From NCBI GenBank assembly GCA_012295275.1, contig CM022672.1, forward strand, positions 6,076,001 to 6,140,000: 64,000 nucleotides of DNA, in the 5' to 3' direction. The position numbers were made by a program, and so were the translations under genes. The DNA is from Chrysomallon squamiferum. Its lineage: Eukaryota > Animalia > Mollusca. Shown here one piece after another: positions 43,313 to 57,596 of the stretch; position 1 is the stretch's first letter; every line of letters begins with the position of its first letter. The notes beneath the pieces are model-generated. The model made no database searches, was not told the DNA's origin, and was given only the letters and a program-made list of their open reading frames with translations.

Positions 43313-45109
43313 TTTTATTTTATTTATTTATATATTTTATTTTATTTATTTATTTATTCACTTATTGTTTTATTTATTACAATTTAATTGAAAAATTAAT
43401 AATTATTATTTTTATTATTCTGTTGGTTTTTTTTTGTTGTTTATTACAGATTGTCAGAGACAGAAAGACAAACAGACAGATGTTCGGACAGAAAACAGAA
43501 GACAGACAGATTTATAGGCAGACAAACAGACAGACAGACAAATTGTGAGAGATTTTTTTATACATTTTTAGCACGACAGACAGACAAATACAGAGTCAGA
43601 TAGACAGACAGACAAACGGAAAAGAAATAATCTAAAATGTTTAAAATTCCTTAATAAATATAAAAAAATAGATTATGTTGCTATTTGAACTTTTTCTATA
43701 GAAATGTACTGAAAATATGTGAAAGCAAAACAACTAAAAAGAGGTAATTTTAATCGAATTTATTAAATTAATTCAGGTGTTTTAAAATACCTTTCTTTTC
43801 TCTTTCTTTTTTCTTTTTCTTTTCTTTAAATTTTTTTTCCCTCCTTTTTCTTCTGTCTGTAAAAAAAACCAACAAAAAAAACAACAACAATCAAATTCAT
43901 ATTACGTGTTAAATGTAAAAAAAAACCCACCAAGATATGACAAATTAGAGAAATATTAGCCAAACTAACAATACTTGTCTGTTAAAAAGATAACACAGTC
44001 AAAAATAAAACGAGTGACAGTCTGAATAAGCATGTCGCTGTTGATTACATTTTAATTTTTCCCAGTAACTAATTTGCGTGGTCCGTAAATGCTACACGTT
44101 TCACTTCTTTTTTTATTAAATCCTCCTGTCGTATTTTTGTTTCTTTCGCATTTCTTTGTTCCGATTGTGACTTTTGTAATTACCAGTTACCAGATGTCAG
44201 CGAAGCACGTGACCTCGCCGCCACGTTGACAAATCTGCCCGAGTTCGGCATTGTTCACGCGCAACCGAACGAAATGAATATTTTATCGCGCTGGAATTAA
44301 TTACAGCAGAGATATCATGGACTGGATATTACATAAGGTTTTGGATTTCTGCTTCTGTGATTAATATATCAAAAATTGAAGCGCAATTGTCTTACACTGC
44401 AACAACAACAAAAAAAAAAACGATCAGTTTGTTGCATCGACGCCTGAAGCTGTTTGACCAGTTTGAATTAATCATGTCTGTTGACAATGAGAAAATGAAA
44501 AACGTAGACCTGTGCGTGGGTACGTGTTTATATATCAATGATACGTTAATTAATCTCTCGTGCACGTGCAGATGAACGAGCCAGGCTGGAATGATGTTCT
44601 AATTAGCATTCACGAAACAAACGTCTTTCGCTTTGCGACAATTTTTACTTATTTATTTTGTCCGTTTCGTTAGAAAAGGTCGCTACTGTTGTTACAGTCA
44701 TTATTATTTATTTATTTGCATCACTACTTTTATTTATTACAAAAACAATGAAAAGAAGTAATAAATAAATAAATAAATAGAAAAATCACAGCTGTTCAGC
44801 TGAAAGAATATTAAGTTCAAATCTACATAATTTTTTTTCTCCACAAGATAAAAAAAAGAAGAGAAAAACAAAAACTTAAAAAGTCATATTTTCTTTAGCG
44901 CATTTAAAACACTTGATTATTCGTATCAGTTTTATTATGTTTATGTTTCATAACCGAGTTTCAACCGATGATTTTGACTTTAAATATTTGTCTGCTACAA
45001 AGTGTCAATATGCTTATGAAAACTAAACAAATATGTTCACAGAGAAAACTTGTGACATCGCGAGAAATATTATATATAATTATTCTTGTTTTGTCGTTCG
45101 AGTTTGTAC

Positions 45110-45179
<70 letters not shown>

Positions 45180-46009
45180 ACAAGCATGAGATTACTGTAT
45201 TTTTTGTCAATGTGAATATGTATTATCTACTTTTTCTGCTTTCTTACATAGTGACGTGAAAATTTAGACCTATCGGTAACCCATCGTTTCTCTGGCATTT
45301 GTTGGTAAACACAAATGAGATTTGCTGAAAACACACGATCGTGCTGACAAGTGAATTCTTAAACCCAAATGATGTTGACAAAGATTCGACTGTTACTCGT
45401 TCTGCAATCAACTGAACATTTTTTTCAATTAGCTGTGTTTGCTGCTCTCCACTGTCCAAAGATGTACAAATTTCGACCGGATGTTACGCTAGTTAGTACT
45501 TATTGACCATGGAAGGTTTCAAACATGGCCGAAGACGCTATAAAATGTACAAGTGACACTTACCAGGTAGTAAAGTTAAAATAATTTCTGAAATGTGTGC
45601 ATGAAAAACAGGCCAAAGTTTTAAAAACCATTTTTTTTAGGAAATGCACAAATGGACATGTAAAGCAAACAGATAAAAAAAAAGAAGAAGAAAAAAAGGA
45701 TAATCCGATTAACTTTTTTTTATAATTTTTTTTTTTATTTAAATATAATTAAGATGATTACGTTTGAAATATATTTAAAAGACTCAAAAATTTGGGTTTT
45801 TGAAAGAGTTAGTTTTTCAGAGGGAGAATGGATGAGAAAATAAAGAAAAAAAAAAAAAAAAAAAATAAATTAATAAATAATCTTTTGATATTCTGATGAT
45901 CTTTAAAATAATAATTTATATTATGCAGTGAAATATTTATTTATTCATTCATTTATTCTTTTATTCATTTATTCATTTATTTATTTATTCACTCGTTCCT
46001 TATTTTTTA

Positions 46010-46670
46010 AGCAGTTATTGCTGTTAAATAATATATATTACTGATTAGATGTCAATGTGTTTCATTCAATTGTTTAAAAAGAAAAATATACTGCAACACC
46101 ACTAAAATTCATTCGGTTGTTAAAAGAAAAAAAATACCTCTAAAATACCAAAATGTTTCATTTGACTGGTTAAAAATAATCTACTACAATAACATTATGT
46201 TTCTTTTGAAAGGTGAACAATAATTCCACAGCAATAAAATTTATTTGATAAGTTAATAAAATGTGCACAGTGTGCTATAATATTTCGTTTGTTAGGCCAC
46301 AGGATTCAACAGTATCATTAAATACCTTTGATTAGTTAAACTATCTACTGGAATCCATCATATTTCATTTGAATGGTTAAGATAACTATTACAGTACCCC
46401 TCACATTTCATTTGATTCATTGAAAGATCTATTTCAGTTCAGTTATGCGTTATTTGTTTGTTAAAATAATCTACAGCAATACGTTTATATGTCATTCGAC
46501 TGGCTGAGAATATAATTATATATATATACGTATTTGAAACAGTAAATATATATATATATATATATATAGCTTTACTATTTGAAAGATTAAAACAAAAATC
46601 TGCTACCATACCATTACGCTTTATTCGACTGTTAAAAAAAAAAAAAAAGTCGTCTGTAATATCATTATGT
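46010..46670. repeat. Highly decayed ~42-43-bp tandem array, ~15 units
   Basis: A TT(T/C)G....GTTAA-like anchor recurs at about 46065, 46112, 46161, 46205, 46244, 46284, 46327, 46368, 46411, 46454, 46495, 46533, 46578 and 46624. Approximate consensus TGTTTCATTTGACTGGTTAAAATAATCTACTACAATAACATTA. Confidence 0.65.
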
Positions 46671-47007
46671 TTCATGTATGTTTCATGTTTGTTTCATGTT
46701 TGTTTCATTGCAATGAAATCGACGTAGAGCGAAACAGACCCTGTTCAATTTCTGTTAGGATCCATTATCTGTCCCAAAAGTATTTTAGTTATATTTATTG
46801 CTCCCCGACAAGATCATTTAATGACATTTGCGATGGCGAATGCACAGAACAAGCGTTCCGTCACGCGAGTCACGTGACGATATTACACCCAGAATGTGTT
46901 GTTAGCAGCCAATTTTCTCCGTCCATGTGTTTTCATCAGCATGAAAACAAACACAAAAATACCATTAGCTGCTTCTTCGTTCGGTTTGCACGTTTTATTT
47001 ACAATTT

Positions 47008-47038
<31 letters not shown>

Positions 47039-47055
47039 TTGATTTATTGATTTTT

Positions 47056-47118
<63 letters not shown>

Positions 47119-47199
47119 TTGTTGTTGTTGTTATGTGTATATTTATTCTGATGAACAGTATGTGCGAACAACAGGCACGTTTCATTTCTATTTTATTTT

Positions 47200-47232
<33 letters not shown>

Positions 47233-47698
47233 CTTTTTTTTAACATTTTTTTTTTTTTTTTTTCTTTTTCTTTTTCTAATTAATTAATTATTTATTTATT
47301 ACTCTTTTGAAAAATAAAAAATCATCTCGTTTCGTTTTGGCACACACACACACACACACACACACAGAGACACACGCGCCCACACATACATAATGATATA
47401 CACGTGTAAACTTGATACATATGGGTTTTTAAAATTATTTTAAATAACTGTATTATTTGCTTTATTTTATTTCATTTCATTTCTTTTTTTTTTAAATTTT
47501 TAAATTTTTATTAATATTATAATTTTATTTTATTTTATTTTATTTTTTTATTTTTTTATTTTTTATATTTTTTTCAGAAAAGACCCTATCTTATTTTTCC
47601 AGTAAAAACTGAAAGATAACCATTACGTGTATCGTAATTAAACTAATTTTTACAAAAACAAAATTACAATCACTTAACACACTATGAAAAAAAAAAAA

Positions 47699-47744
<46 letters not shown>

Positions 47745-48180
47745 GCTATAATAATAATATTTAATTTTATTCTTAGAATTATAAAGTAAAATGTAATCTG
47801 AAACGATGCCATTTCGTGACGGTCGTCATTTCGCCAGGACGAAAAATTAAGTACGGGTTGTTTCCCTTTGCACAGCAGGCAGTCTTTCCGCATTATTCAA
47901 AATTATAATCGCAACATCTGTAGAACAATCACTTACGTTTAACGTATATTTTCTTTTTTATAATTATTATTTTATTGTTTATGTCTACATTTATATATCC
48001 ATCATTCCTACTCCATATGTGTTATAAATTATTAGTAAATTACGACAAACACAATAAATTAATAAAATAACAGTATTGTGAAGTGGTATACATTTTATTA
48101 AGATGTTTGTAGGTACAAAAAGACGAGAAAACAGTCAGTATCAGAAATAACTGAAATTCTAGGAAATATATTCATGTTAA

Positions 48181-48429
48181 AGTGTACCGATGGAGCTAAT
48201 ATATATTTTTTTTATATACTTGACTGTTTTGCTCAAAATGTCGGCAAAAGATTTCAATGCCGCCATTTTACCACTTCAAATCTGGAACAGTGACGTCAGA
48301 GCGTACATAGAGAGCTGAATGATACCTGTACATGAGATGAAATTGTACCGAAAACCGATCTATTCCGTACGCGATGACGTTATACTGGAAGAACATGGCG
48401 TCGGCCACATATTTTGGAACTGTACTCTT
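48181..48429. mobile_element. Putative non-autonomous DNA transposon (MITE; Kolobok-like TTAA flanks)
   Basis: TTAA at 48177-48180 and 48430-48433. Imperfect termini AGTGTAC...GTACTCT. Internal inverted pair GCCGCCATTTT...TGACGTCAGAGCGTAC (~48259-48306) vs GTACGCGATGACGTTA...AACATGGCGTC (~48367-48402). The superfamily is inferred. Confidence 0.45.
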
Positions 48430-48883
48430 TTAAAGCGTTATCAATTAAGACTGATGCAGTAAATAAAGAAATTGAAAGAAACGAGAATCTATTTAACTAC
48501 TTGATGCTTTAAAGGAAACATTTTTTTTATTATTATATATGTATTATAATATACAAGGATATATTTAACAAACATTATTATTCTTCTGTATGTTAAGTAT
48601 TTATTTGTAAAGATGACACGACAAACAAAAAAAATAAAACTTTTCTGATTTTACATAATAGATTCCCACGATAAGAAACAAACAAAACCGTTTAAATATT
48701 AAAGTACCTCAAGGGAGTTGGCCTTAACTTTTTAAACATTTGTGTTCACTAAAGGATTAAAGTTTATTTAATTATACATGCTGTTCACAGACCTTTTCAA
48801 ATCCAGTGATTATTGTTGTTTTTTTTCACTCATCTATAATTGACCTGATTTGTAGCATTCAAGTTTATTGTGCAACAATTTCA

Positions 48884-49140
48884 ATATCATTATCTCCTGT
48901 GAAATGAATGAATATTTTATTACAAAAATGACTGACAATAAGAACTATATATATATATGTGTGTGTGTGTGTTTATGTTTGTGTGTGTGTGTATATATAT
49001 ATATATAATATATGTATACATATAAATACACACATATATATGTATATATATACACACACACACATATCTATATATATAGTTCTTTTTGTCAGTCATTTTT
49101 GTAATAAAATATTCATTCATTTCACAATAGATAATAATAT
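48884..49140. repeat. ~257-bp foldback (long inverted repeat)
   Basis: 48898.. TGTGAAATGAATGAATATTTTATTACAAAAATGACTGACAATAAGAACTATATATATA is the reverse complement of the sequence ending at 49126, with one mismatch. The centre is a (TG)n/(TA)n/(CA)n quasi-palindrome. Confidence 0.95.
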
Positions 49141-49149
49141 ATTACATAT

Positions 49150-49208
<59 letters not shown>

Positions 49209-50260
49209 TGGATGGACTTTATACACTTACAATATCATAAAAACTGTGTTTATGTTCAAAAAGAAAATACTCTTTTACAGACAGTTTAAAAATCACGGAT
49301 CTGCTTGAAAATGTCATGTGTTTATTAGATACTGTGTCTGTATTTAAATATATACTGTAAACCTATTATTACACCACAAATACCAAGAACGTGAGAATCT
49401 CCATTAACAACAAGCATGGACAATTTTGCCTCTTAATGCTGAACATCATTAATGTACAAAATGTGTTACCTAACGTAAATGCGATCCTGATTCTTGTCAG
49501 TACTTTCGCCAAAGTGGTCAACAATCAGCGCTAAAATGTTGTTCAATTATTCATGAGACAGTGAGTCGAGGAAAGATATTAATTAAAATGGCTTCTGTAT
49601 AAAACAGACAACCAATTAAGGCTGGCAAGCTTTATCGGCTTAGCCTCGTCCTGTACGTAATTTGTAGCAGACCGCGTGCCGCAACCGTCTGATTTAACGA
49701 CGTTTATAATTTTCCATTACACCATCGAGCGAACCCAATACTTGCAAACATCGTATGTTAACTGCCGTTTACTGCAAATCCATGCAAAATCTACCACGGC
49801 TGACCGCTCGCTGGTCGTTAGTAGCGACCTTAGTCAGACACAGTTGTCGGCCTTACCGGAAGAACGCCGCCTATGTGGCCACGGAAGAGCAATGGCGCCA
49901 TATTGGAATGGAAATTGGTAATAACACACTGATATCTGGTATGTTATACAGTAAATCTGTCACATTCCTGTTCCTTTCTTTCTTTCGTATCTTTTTTTTC
50001 TTCTTCTTTTTTTTTTTTCTTTCTTTCTCTCGACAAAACTGAACGAGCCGTTGAAAGAATGATAAATATATTAGAACTGTGTCTGCGACTGATGCAGACA
50101 ATTCTGATTCCCAGTATTTCCATTTGGCTGCATTCATAACTTAACCAGTCGACTGTAGTATATTTTGTTTGACCAGTGTAGGTGGGCGACTGTTAAATGG
50201 TTATGTTTGTGGATGACACGTACTGGGCTCAGTCTATCTGTAGGTGAACCACCGACCTTC

Positions 50261-50690
50261 TCAGTAAAACACTAAAACTCATCTCTCTCCCTCCTGTCAG
50301 CTGTCCCCAAAATAGATGTGTTTAAAACTGAATAAACAAATAACGATGATGATGATGATGATGATAACAAGATGACAACAACCACCACCACAACAAAAAT
50401 AATAATAATAATAAGAAGAAGAAGAAGGATGTGACGATGATAATAATAAACATATTTTATTTTAACACAATGAAACTATAACAATAATGTATTACCTCTG
50501 GTATTGGAAATGTTTTATGCTAATAATGGATTTGTATTTGCTGCTAATACTGCTAGACTTTAATTACACATACAGAAGAAACTGCGAAGATAAGCTGCTA
50601 ACATTTGAAACACATCGATGAAAACAAAAAGAAAGAAAGAAAGAACGAAGGAAGGACGGAAAGAAAAATAAAACATCAGCGAATACCTGC
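50261..50690 (+). repeat. Dispersed repeat, copy 1
   Basis: Colinear similarity to 59190-59683. Shared blocks include CTAAAACT.ATCT.TCTCCCTCCTGT, GGAAATGTTTTATG.TAATAATGGATTTGTATTTGCT.CTAATACTGCTA, TAATTACACATACAGAAGAAA and ACATCGATGAAAACAAAAAGAAA. Confidence 0.9.
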
Positions 50691-51959
50691 GCGTTGTCAT
50701 CATCTGAATTGTCGAGGTACTACAATTAATTTAGTAATAACAAAATGCACGTGCTTGCATGCATGACACACCCTGACGAGAAATCAGTTTTGCAAGGCCA
50801 CGCGCGCGTATCAATTTATACAGGTTGTAGTCTGAACCTGGTCGACGTTGATTGCAAAACACTCGTCGAGATTCACAAACTCTGTTTTGGAAGGTGCAAA
50901 TTAGGGAGCCATAAATGTTAACGACAACAATGGACGTCGGAGAGGGGACACAAAGAAACGGCGCTTCGTGACTGGAAACTGGTAGTTAATCGCCAGCGGA
51001 ACACCAGTAGAGAACTAGTGGATGTTTCCGCTTCGGTGAGTCGCTAACTACAAGTGTAATGCAAACTAGAAGGGAAAGTAAAACGCGTGTCTATCGTGTG
51101 TTTTTATTTTATTCACAAATAACCGTGGCATTTTTTTTTATATATATTTTTTTTTTATAATTATTATTATTATTTTTTTTTTTTTTTTTTTTTTTTTTTA
51201 TGAATGGTGTTTTAAATTAATCTGTTATTTTGGATTAAATGCTGGTGTCAGAAAATATCGTTGGGTTTAAAATAACAGGTATTACAAAATAAAAAAATCG
51301 TTGGGTTTTTTAAAAATAACAGTGTTTCATCACGTTAAACTACGAAGAAAATAAAAAAAAAAAATGATTTGATCATAAGAGAAAGAGTCAGAAAAAAAAC
51401 AAAAATAAACTACATGTATTATATCAATAAAATAATTTTACATTTAATTACTTATTGTTTTCTACAGACCATTATAATTATTTTAGAGAGATCACTGATT
51501 GATATCATGTGATATTAAACCTTTAATAAATGAATAGCTACGATCATTATGAAAATACATTTCTTCCGCTTCTTGTTCGTCTTCTTCTGCTATGCATATC
51601 ATATCTCGATATACATTTTTAGCAGTGTTTACAGTGCCTTACTGTAAATTATAAAACTGTGTGTAGCGCTATAGACAGATCTGCGTCTCTAAGTGAAAAC
51701 AAAGGTTTATGATATCGTATTACTGTGTAAGTAGGCGTACGTCCAGTATTCAATATTTGATGTACGGTTATACACAAGTGGATTTACTGGCATAGAGGCG
51801 CATACAACAACGTATATTCTATTTCAATAAAAATAATAGATTAAATAATTACCTGTGATCAATTTTTAATAACCGAGCTTTGCAGGTTATGACAGTTTAG
51901 CGAGACTAGACTAATGTGTGGAATCAGGGAATGAGTCTTTTGACATCTCTCTCTCGCTC

Positions 51960-52051
<92 letters not shown>

Positions 52052-52799
52052 GAAACCCATTTCATCTGAAATTTTTTATATAAAACGACGAGGACACCTT
52101 TTCTAAAACTGTGGATCCATTCCTGACACTGTTGTTGTCAACCTGAATTCATTGTCAGTGACTTTACGTCAGTTCCTTTCACTGTCAGGAATAAATAAAA
52201 CACTGCAAGTCAAACACTCATCCATATTTAAAATGTTATTATACCAAAATTCAATAGCAAAGTAACTACCTCGATACGTTTTTTGTTGTCATTTTTACTG
52301 GAAACATTTGTCATTTTATTTGTTGAAGGAAATACTAGTGGGTCTAACTACGCTTTGTCCCATTGTAAATGGCATATTGTGAACAGATGGTGTTTCTTTT
52401 TAATTATACATCGGTCATTGCTTAGTATCAAGAGAGTTTATTTGCGTTTGGAAAAGCTCTGAATGTAGTTATATTCTGAGGTAAAAAATTGTTTTAAATA
52501 AAGCGATTGGATGATTCTCCTATGTAATGATGTTTTAGATGTTACTTGTTGTTGGTGAAAAAGTATCATCACTAATCAAACGTACACTGAAGTCAAACGA
52601 ACGATAACAAATATACAGCCGTTGTATTATTAATACTGGAAAATAATATCTGTGACAAATAAATAATGATTAAATAATGCTACTAAAAGTTGTATTTGTC
52701 ACAACGGGACCTCACCGCGGTACAGTCATAAAGCGCTGTTTTGAAGCGTGAGAGTTCGCGAGATCAACTCTCGTCTGTGCTTTGTTCGATAATTCATAT

Positions 52800-52982
52800 A
52801 TATTATTATTATTATTGTTAGTATTATTATTATTATTATCATCATCATCATCATCATCATCATTATTATTATTATTATTGCTATTATTATTGTTATTATT
52901 ATTATTATCATCATCATTATTATTATTATTGTTGTTAGTATTATTATTATTATTATCATCATCATCATCATTATTATTATTA

Positions 52983-53041
<59 letters not shown>

Positions 53042-53271
53042 TTTTCAAATTTCTTTTAGAGCAGAATTTGTAAATGGTGTTGTACGTAGTGTTAAGGAAC
53101 GTACAAACTAACTGGAGAAAACTAGTTTTGTCGTCCAATTACAGACGAGTATATAAAAATAAATATATGTATGTACGTATTTATTTACAGATACACGTAT
53201 GCACATATATCGCTTGTTTTCATATAAAATTAATGTACAAAGAGATCATTCACTTACATACATACATACAT

Positions 53272-53338
<67 letters not shown>

Positions 53339-53366
53339 TACATACATACATACATACATACATACA
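52800..53366. repeat. (TAT/CAT)n and (CAGA)n/(CATA)n microsatellite cluster
   Basis: Directly visible. Confidence 0.92.
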
Positions 53367-53372
53367 TTAAAG

Positions 53373-53520
53373 TTGTCTCGGTGGCTGAACTGTAACATCG
53401 TCCGCTTTAGGTGAATGGGTGTCATACGTTCGAACCTCATCAGCGGCATCTGACGGGTTTGTGAGGTCGTGACTGGACTTTGTCCTCCTGCGCCAGTGCG
53501 TTCCTGAATGTTGTCTACGT
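53373..53520 (+). mobile_element. Possible tRNA-derived SINE head
   Basis: A-box-like TGGCTGAACTG (53382) and B-box-like GTTCGAACC (~53428) at tRNA-like spacing. No convincing cloverleaf was found. Confidence 0.3.
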
Positions 53521-54223
53521 GCAGAGTCTAATCAAACATACATAAGACAGAGAATATTCAAAATCCTAAACTACAAATATACATACATGTGTGTGTTTTT
53601 ATTTACTCCTGAAATTATTTATTCGCCTTCACTGAAATTCTCAGATATCAGTTATGAATGGTTTAATCTTTATGCTTTGATCAATAACGTTCATATAAAT
53701 AATTACATTTCACTGAATTGTCTATTACCATGAAACTAGAAAGGAAAAAGACAGGGAAAGGAAAATGATATTTCGATAGCAAAACTAATTATCATTTATA
53801 AAAGCTAGGCTTATAAAGAGGTTATTAGAAAACTGAGGATAAAATAAAAGAAATATATATTAGAAATAACTTAAATATGACGCGTTGTTTAAAGTTATAA
53901 AACAATTAATTATATAAAAAAAAATATTAGTTATATAGATTAGAGGTTATTGGCTGAAATAAATGAAATAATTATTTCAGTACATCTTTAAATTCGTAAA
54001 ATAAAGTAATTTTATTGTTTTTAAAACGTACTGCAGTATTATATTATATTATATTATATTATTATATTATATTATATTATATTATATTATATTATATTAT
54101 ATTATATTATACTATGTTATATTATATTGCATTACATTATACTACATTATATTATATTATATTATCGTTATCGCTATCATTATCGTTTTGTTTTTATTAG
54201 TTTTTTATTATTATTGTTATTTC

Positions 54224-54278
<55 letters not shown>

Positions 54279-55290
54279 TTAGATTTTTGGTTTGTTTCTC
54301 TTTTTATTTTCATTGTTGTTGTTATTTATTTTATTTAAATAATTTATTGTTTTCATTGCTGTTGTTAATTATTAAATATTAATTATTTGGTTATTTGTTT
54401 AATAATTTATTCACTGTTTAATTTTCAGTATTAATCAGAAATTAATTATTCATTATGTACACTACATGTCTATTCAGCAATTTATAGCGTTCTTTTTTTT
54501 CTTAGTTCTTTTTTTAACATTTTGATATCCAAATAAATTCTTAATTTCACCAGGTACAATATGAAAACAAATAATTTGCTATAAAGAATTCTGATTAAGA
54601 GCATCTGTACAAGTATCTGTCTGTGTATCTGTCTGTCCCTCCCTCCCTTTATCCATCCATCCATCCATTTGTCAATATATCTATATACATATATATGTCT
54701 ATTCAAACAAATAGGCATACATATAAATTATGTGAACACAATTATCGGAATTAATAACTGAAAGGTTTTTGTTATTATTGTGAAATTACTTCTTTTAAAA
54801 AAAAAAATACATGAATAGTATTTCGTAGATTACCGTTTTATTAATATATATAAATTATTTTATTTCTGTTTCAGTTCAAAGGTGAAAAAGTATTATTATA
54901 AAAGGTGAAAAAATACGAAAAAGTGTACATAAATGTTAACATCAAATATTTTTACTGTGCATTTTTCTTTGTTGGTTGTTTTCGGAGGTTTTTATTTTTG
55001 TATATTTTATATTTTTTATTTTATTTAATTATTTATTTATTCGCTCGTTCATTATTTTTTTTGTTATTGTTGTTACATAATGTATTTGACTGATTAAACG
55101 TCAGAGTGTTTCATTCAGCTGTTGTTGTTTTTTTTTTTCGTTGTTGTTGTTTTTTGTTTCTTTGTTTCTTGTTGTTTTTAAGTTTGTGCAAACATACATC
55201 ACCGTAAAGTTTGTTAAAGTTTAGCTATAAAGGTGGGGTTTTTTGTTAGTTTTCTATTATTATTATTTCTTTTATTATTATAATTATTTA

Positions 55291-55353
<63 letters not shown>

Positions 55354-56406
55354 GGTAAAATAAAATAATAATAATAATATATGTAATAATAATTTCTAAA
55401 ACTATAAAGATTTTATTGGTATTTATTATTATGACAAAATAATGTAAAAAATGGCAATAAGAGGAGATCATTATTTTAAGTGTAAAATACAGTGATCGTC
55501 ATTTAAGTTTTACTCTACATAAAGAAACCAAACAACTATTTTTACCTCTTTTTTTTGTCTTCTTTTTTTTTGTCATAAGATTAAAACTACAACTGCTATT
55601 TAAACTTCAGCTATGTATATAATAACACACACGATCGCTATTTAATTTTAACTTTTAAAAAAACTCAACATTTTGACGTTTTAATTGTTATAAATAAAAC
55701 AATAACACGTGACGCTGACTGTAAACGGTGTTGTGTTACTTTTGTTGCCCGTCACGTGAGCCGCCACGGAGCATGAAACTTCCGGAAGTATTGGAAATCA
55801 TTATCAGACATTAAGTCCAATTTTTTTGGTTTGTTGTTGTTGTTATATTTCATTTTCTACCTGAGCAAGCGACCCGTGGCCGGAGCTGTTGTGTACGTAC
55901 CTAAATTACTTCCAAGTCGCTCTAATCGGCTTAGCTGAATGGCTCCATCGCAGGAAGAAAACTGCGCTCGCATCGAAGTCGCGAAATAAAGAGCTATCAA
56001 TCTCACAAACGCGATTCAGGTGAATTAATTAATGATTGATCTTTAGGTAATTAGGGCCATTGACAAACAACTATCCTGAAGAATTAATTTATCGTCTTTC
56101 TACATGTGGGCATTATAAGCATTGGCTGCAATTAAAAATTGATCAACCTTGCATTAAAAGCTCCCAGACTCGATGTTCGCGAAGAAAGGACTCCTTTCAC
56201 TCGCAGATCCGATACACTTGCTCTTTGCTGTGAAAAAACGGAAAAAGGAAATAAGAAAAGAAACAACCTTCGCTTAATTTTCCTATTTCACGCTCTTTTA
56301 CACTCTCAGAGGAAGGAATTGGGGTCTTAAAACGGCGCTGTATAGGAAGTCGATGTTCCTGACGCCAGAGATTTAAACCGTTATAAAAAGGTAGAATAGA
56401 AATACT

Positions 56407-56439
<33 letters not shown>

Positions 56440-57435
56440 GCTTCAATATCTGAATAAAACATTACTCGATCATCAGTGTTTTTTTCTCGAATACGGTTGC
56501 TGAGCTGAATAATAAGCCCTTTGATTTTGTGGTTTTAATGTTAGGCCGTTTTTGCTGTAAGAAATTAATCTGAAAAGGTGGGTGATAAAAGCGACGGCTT
56601 CGATCTATGAACGTAATTGTCATATTAGCTTTCTAAGCACCTAATTTAACTCTACAAGCCGGTAATCTATATCGTCTTCAACTTAAGAACAATCAGTCAC
56701 AGAGAAGATTACGTCGAGATGAAGTCGATACCGTCGTTGTTGTTGATGATGATGATTTCTTTTCATGCGCCTGCGTGGACTGGCATAAATTAGAAAGTGT
56801 CTAAATAAGACAGTTTAGTTAGTACTTTCGTGTAACTGAGTGATCGTAAGAGGCTCGAGTTTGTTTTTTTTGTGTGTGTTAAACACATTTCAATACGGTA
56901 TCAGTTTTTTTTTTTTTTTAAAAAGGATTTTAACGCGAATACAAATTTCTTTCTTTTATTTATTTACTTGTGTATTTATTTATTTATTTATTTTTTATTT
57001 ATTTATTTCGTTCGTTCGTTTATTTATTTATTTATTTTTTTATTTTTTTATTTATATAGTTATTTATTTATTATTCAACCACAGCCGAGTCTCGAACTTC
57101 CTCCCCACAAAATTCCTAAACTCCAAGATCCCCTATTCCCATAAAAAAAAAAAGTCGCATTGCTCTTGTTACACCTCTCACAGTTGCTTTATGACTGACA
57201 TTTTGCTAAACACCGTTTTATTATATATTTTTTCTGTTTCTCCGCCAGCTAAGGTTTATCGCTGATATTTAACTCGCCTTTACCTCGATCAGATTATTTC
57301 GTAAAGCTAATGGTTCTCAATTACAGTGTTTAAGAAACCGGCATCATCGACTTGGCGTCGTCTTCAGCTATCGTCTCCATCTTTCTGGGCAGCTTTTCGA
57401 AACGTTACGACTTTACTGAAACCTGTAATTGGGCT

Positions 57436-57466
<31 letters not shown>

Positions 57467-57555
57467 AGACGTGCTCTTTATCTCTGGGCCTTCAACCTTT
57501 TGTAGTAGACCAGGATCACATCGAGGATTTGGCGGGTCTGTAATATGGAAGGGTT

Positions 57556-57596
<41 letters not shown>

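Noticed and set aside
48663-49397. Paired CSL/Su(H) site (TTCCCACG at 48663 and CGTGAGAA at 49390)
   Set aside because: The sites are about 720 bp apart and not in the head-to-head, 15-17-bp geometry of a paired site; single 8-mers are expected by chance.
53373-53450. Functional tRNA gene
   Set aside because: A/B-box-like motifs are present, but I could not fold a consistent cloverleaf; kept only as a possible SINE head.
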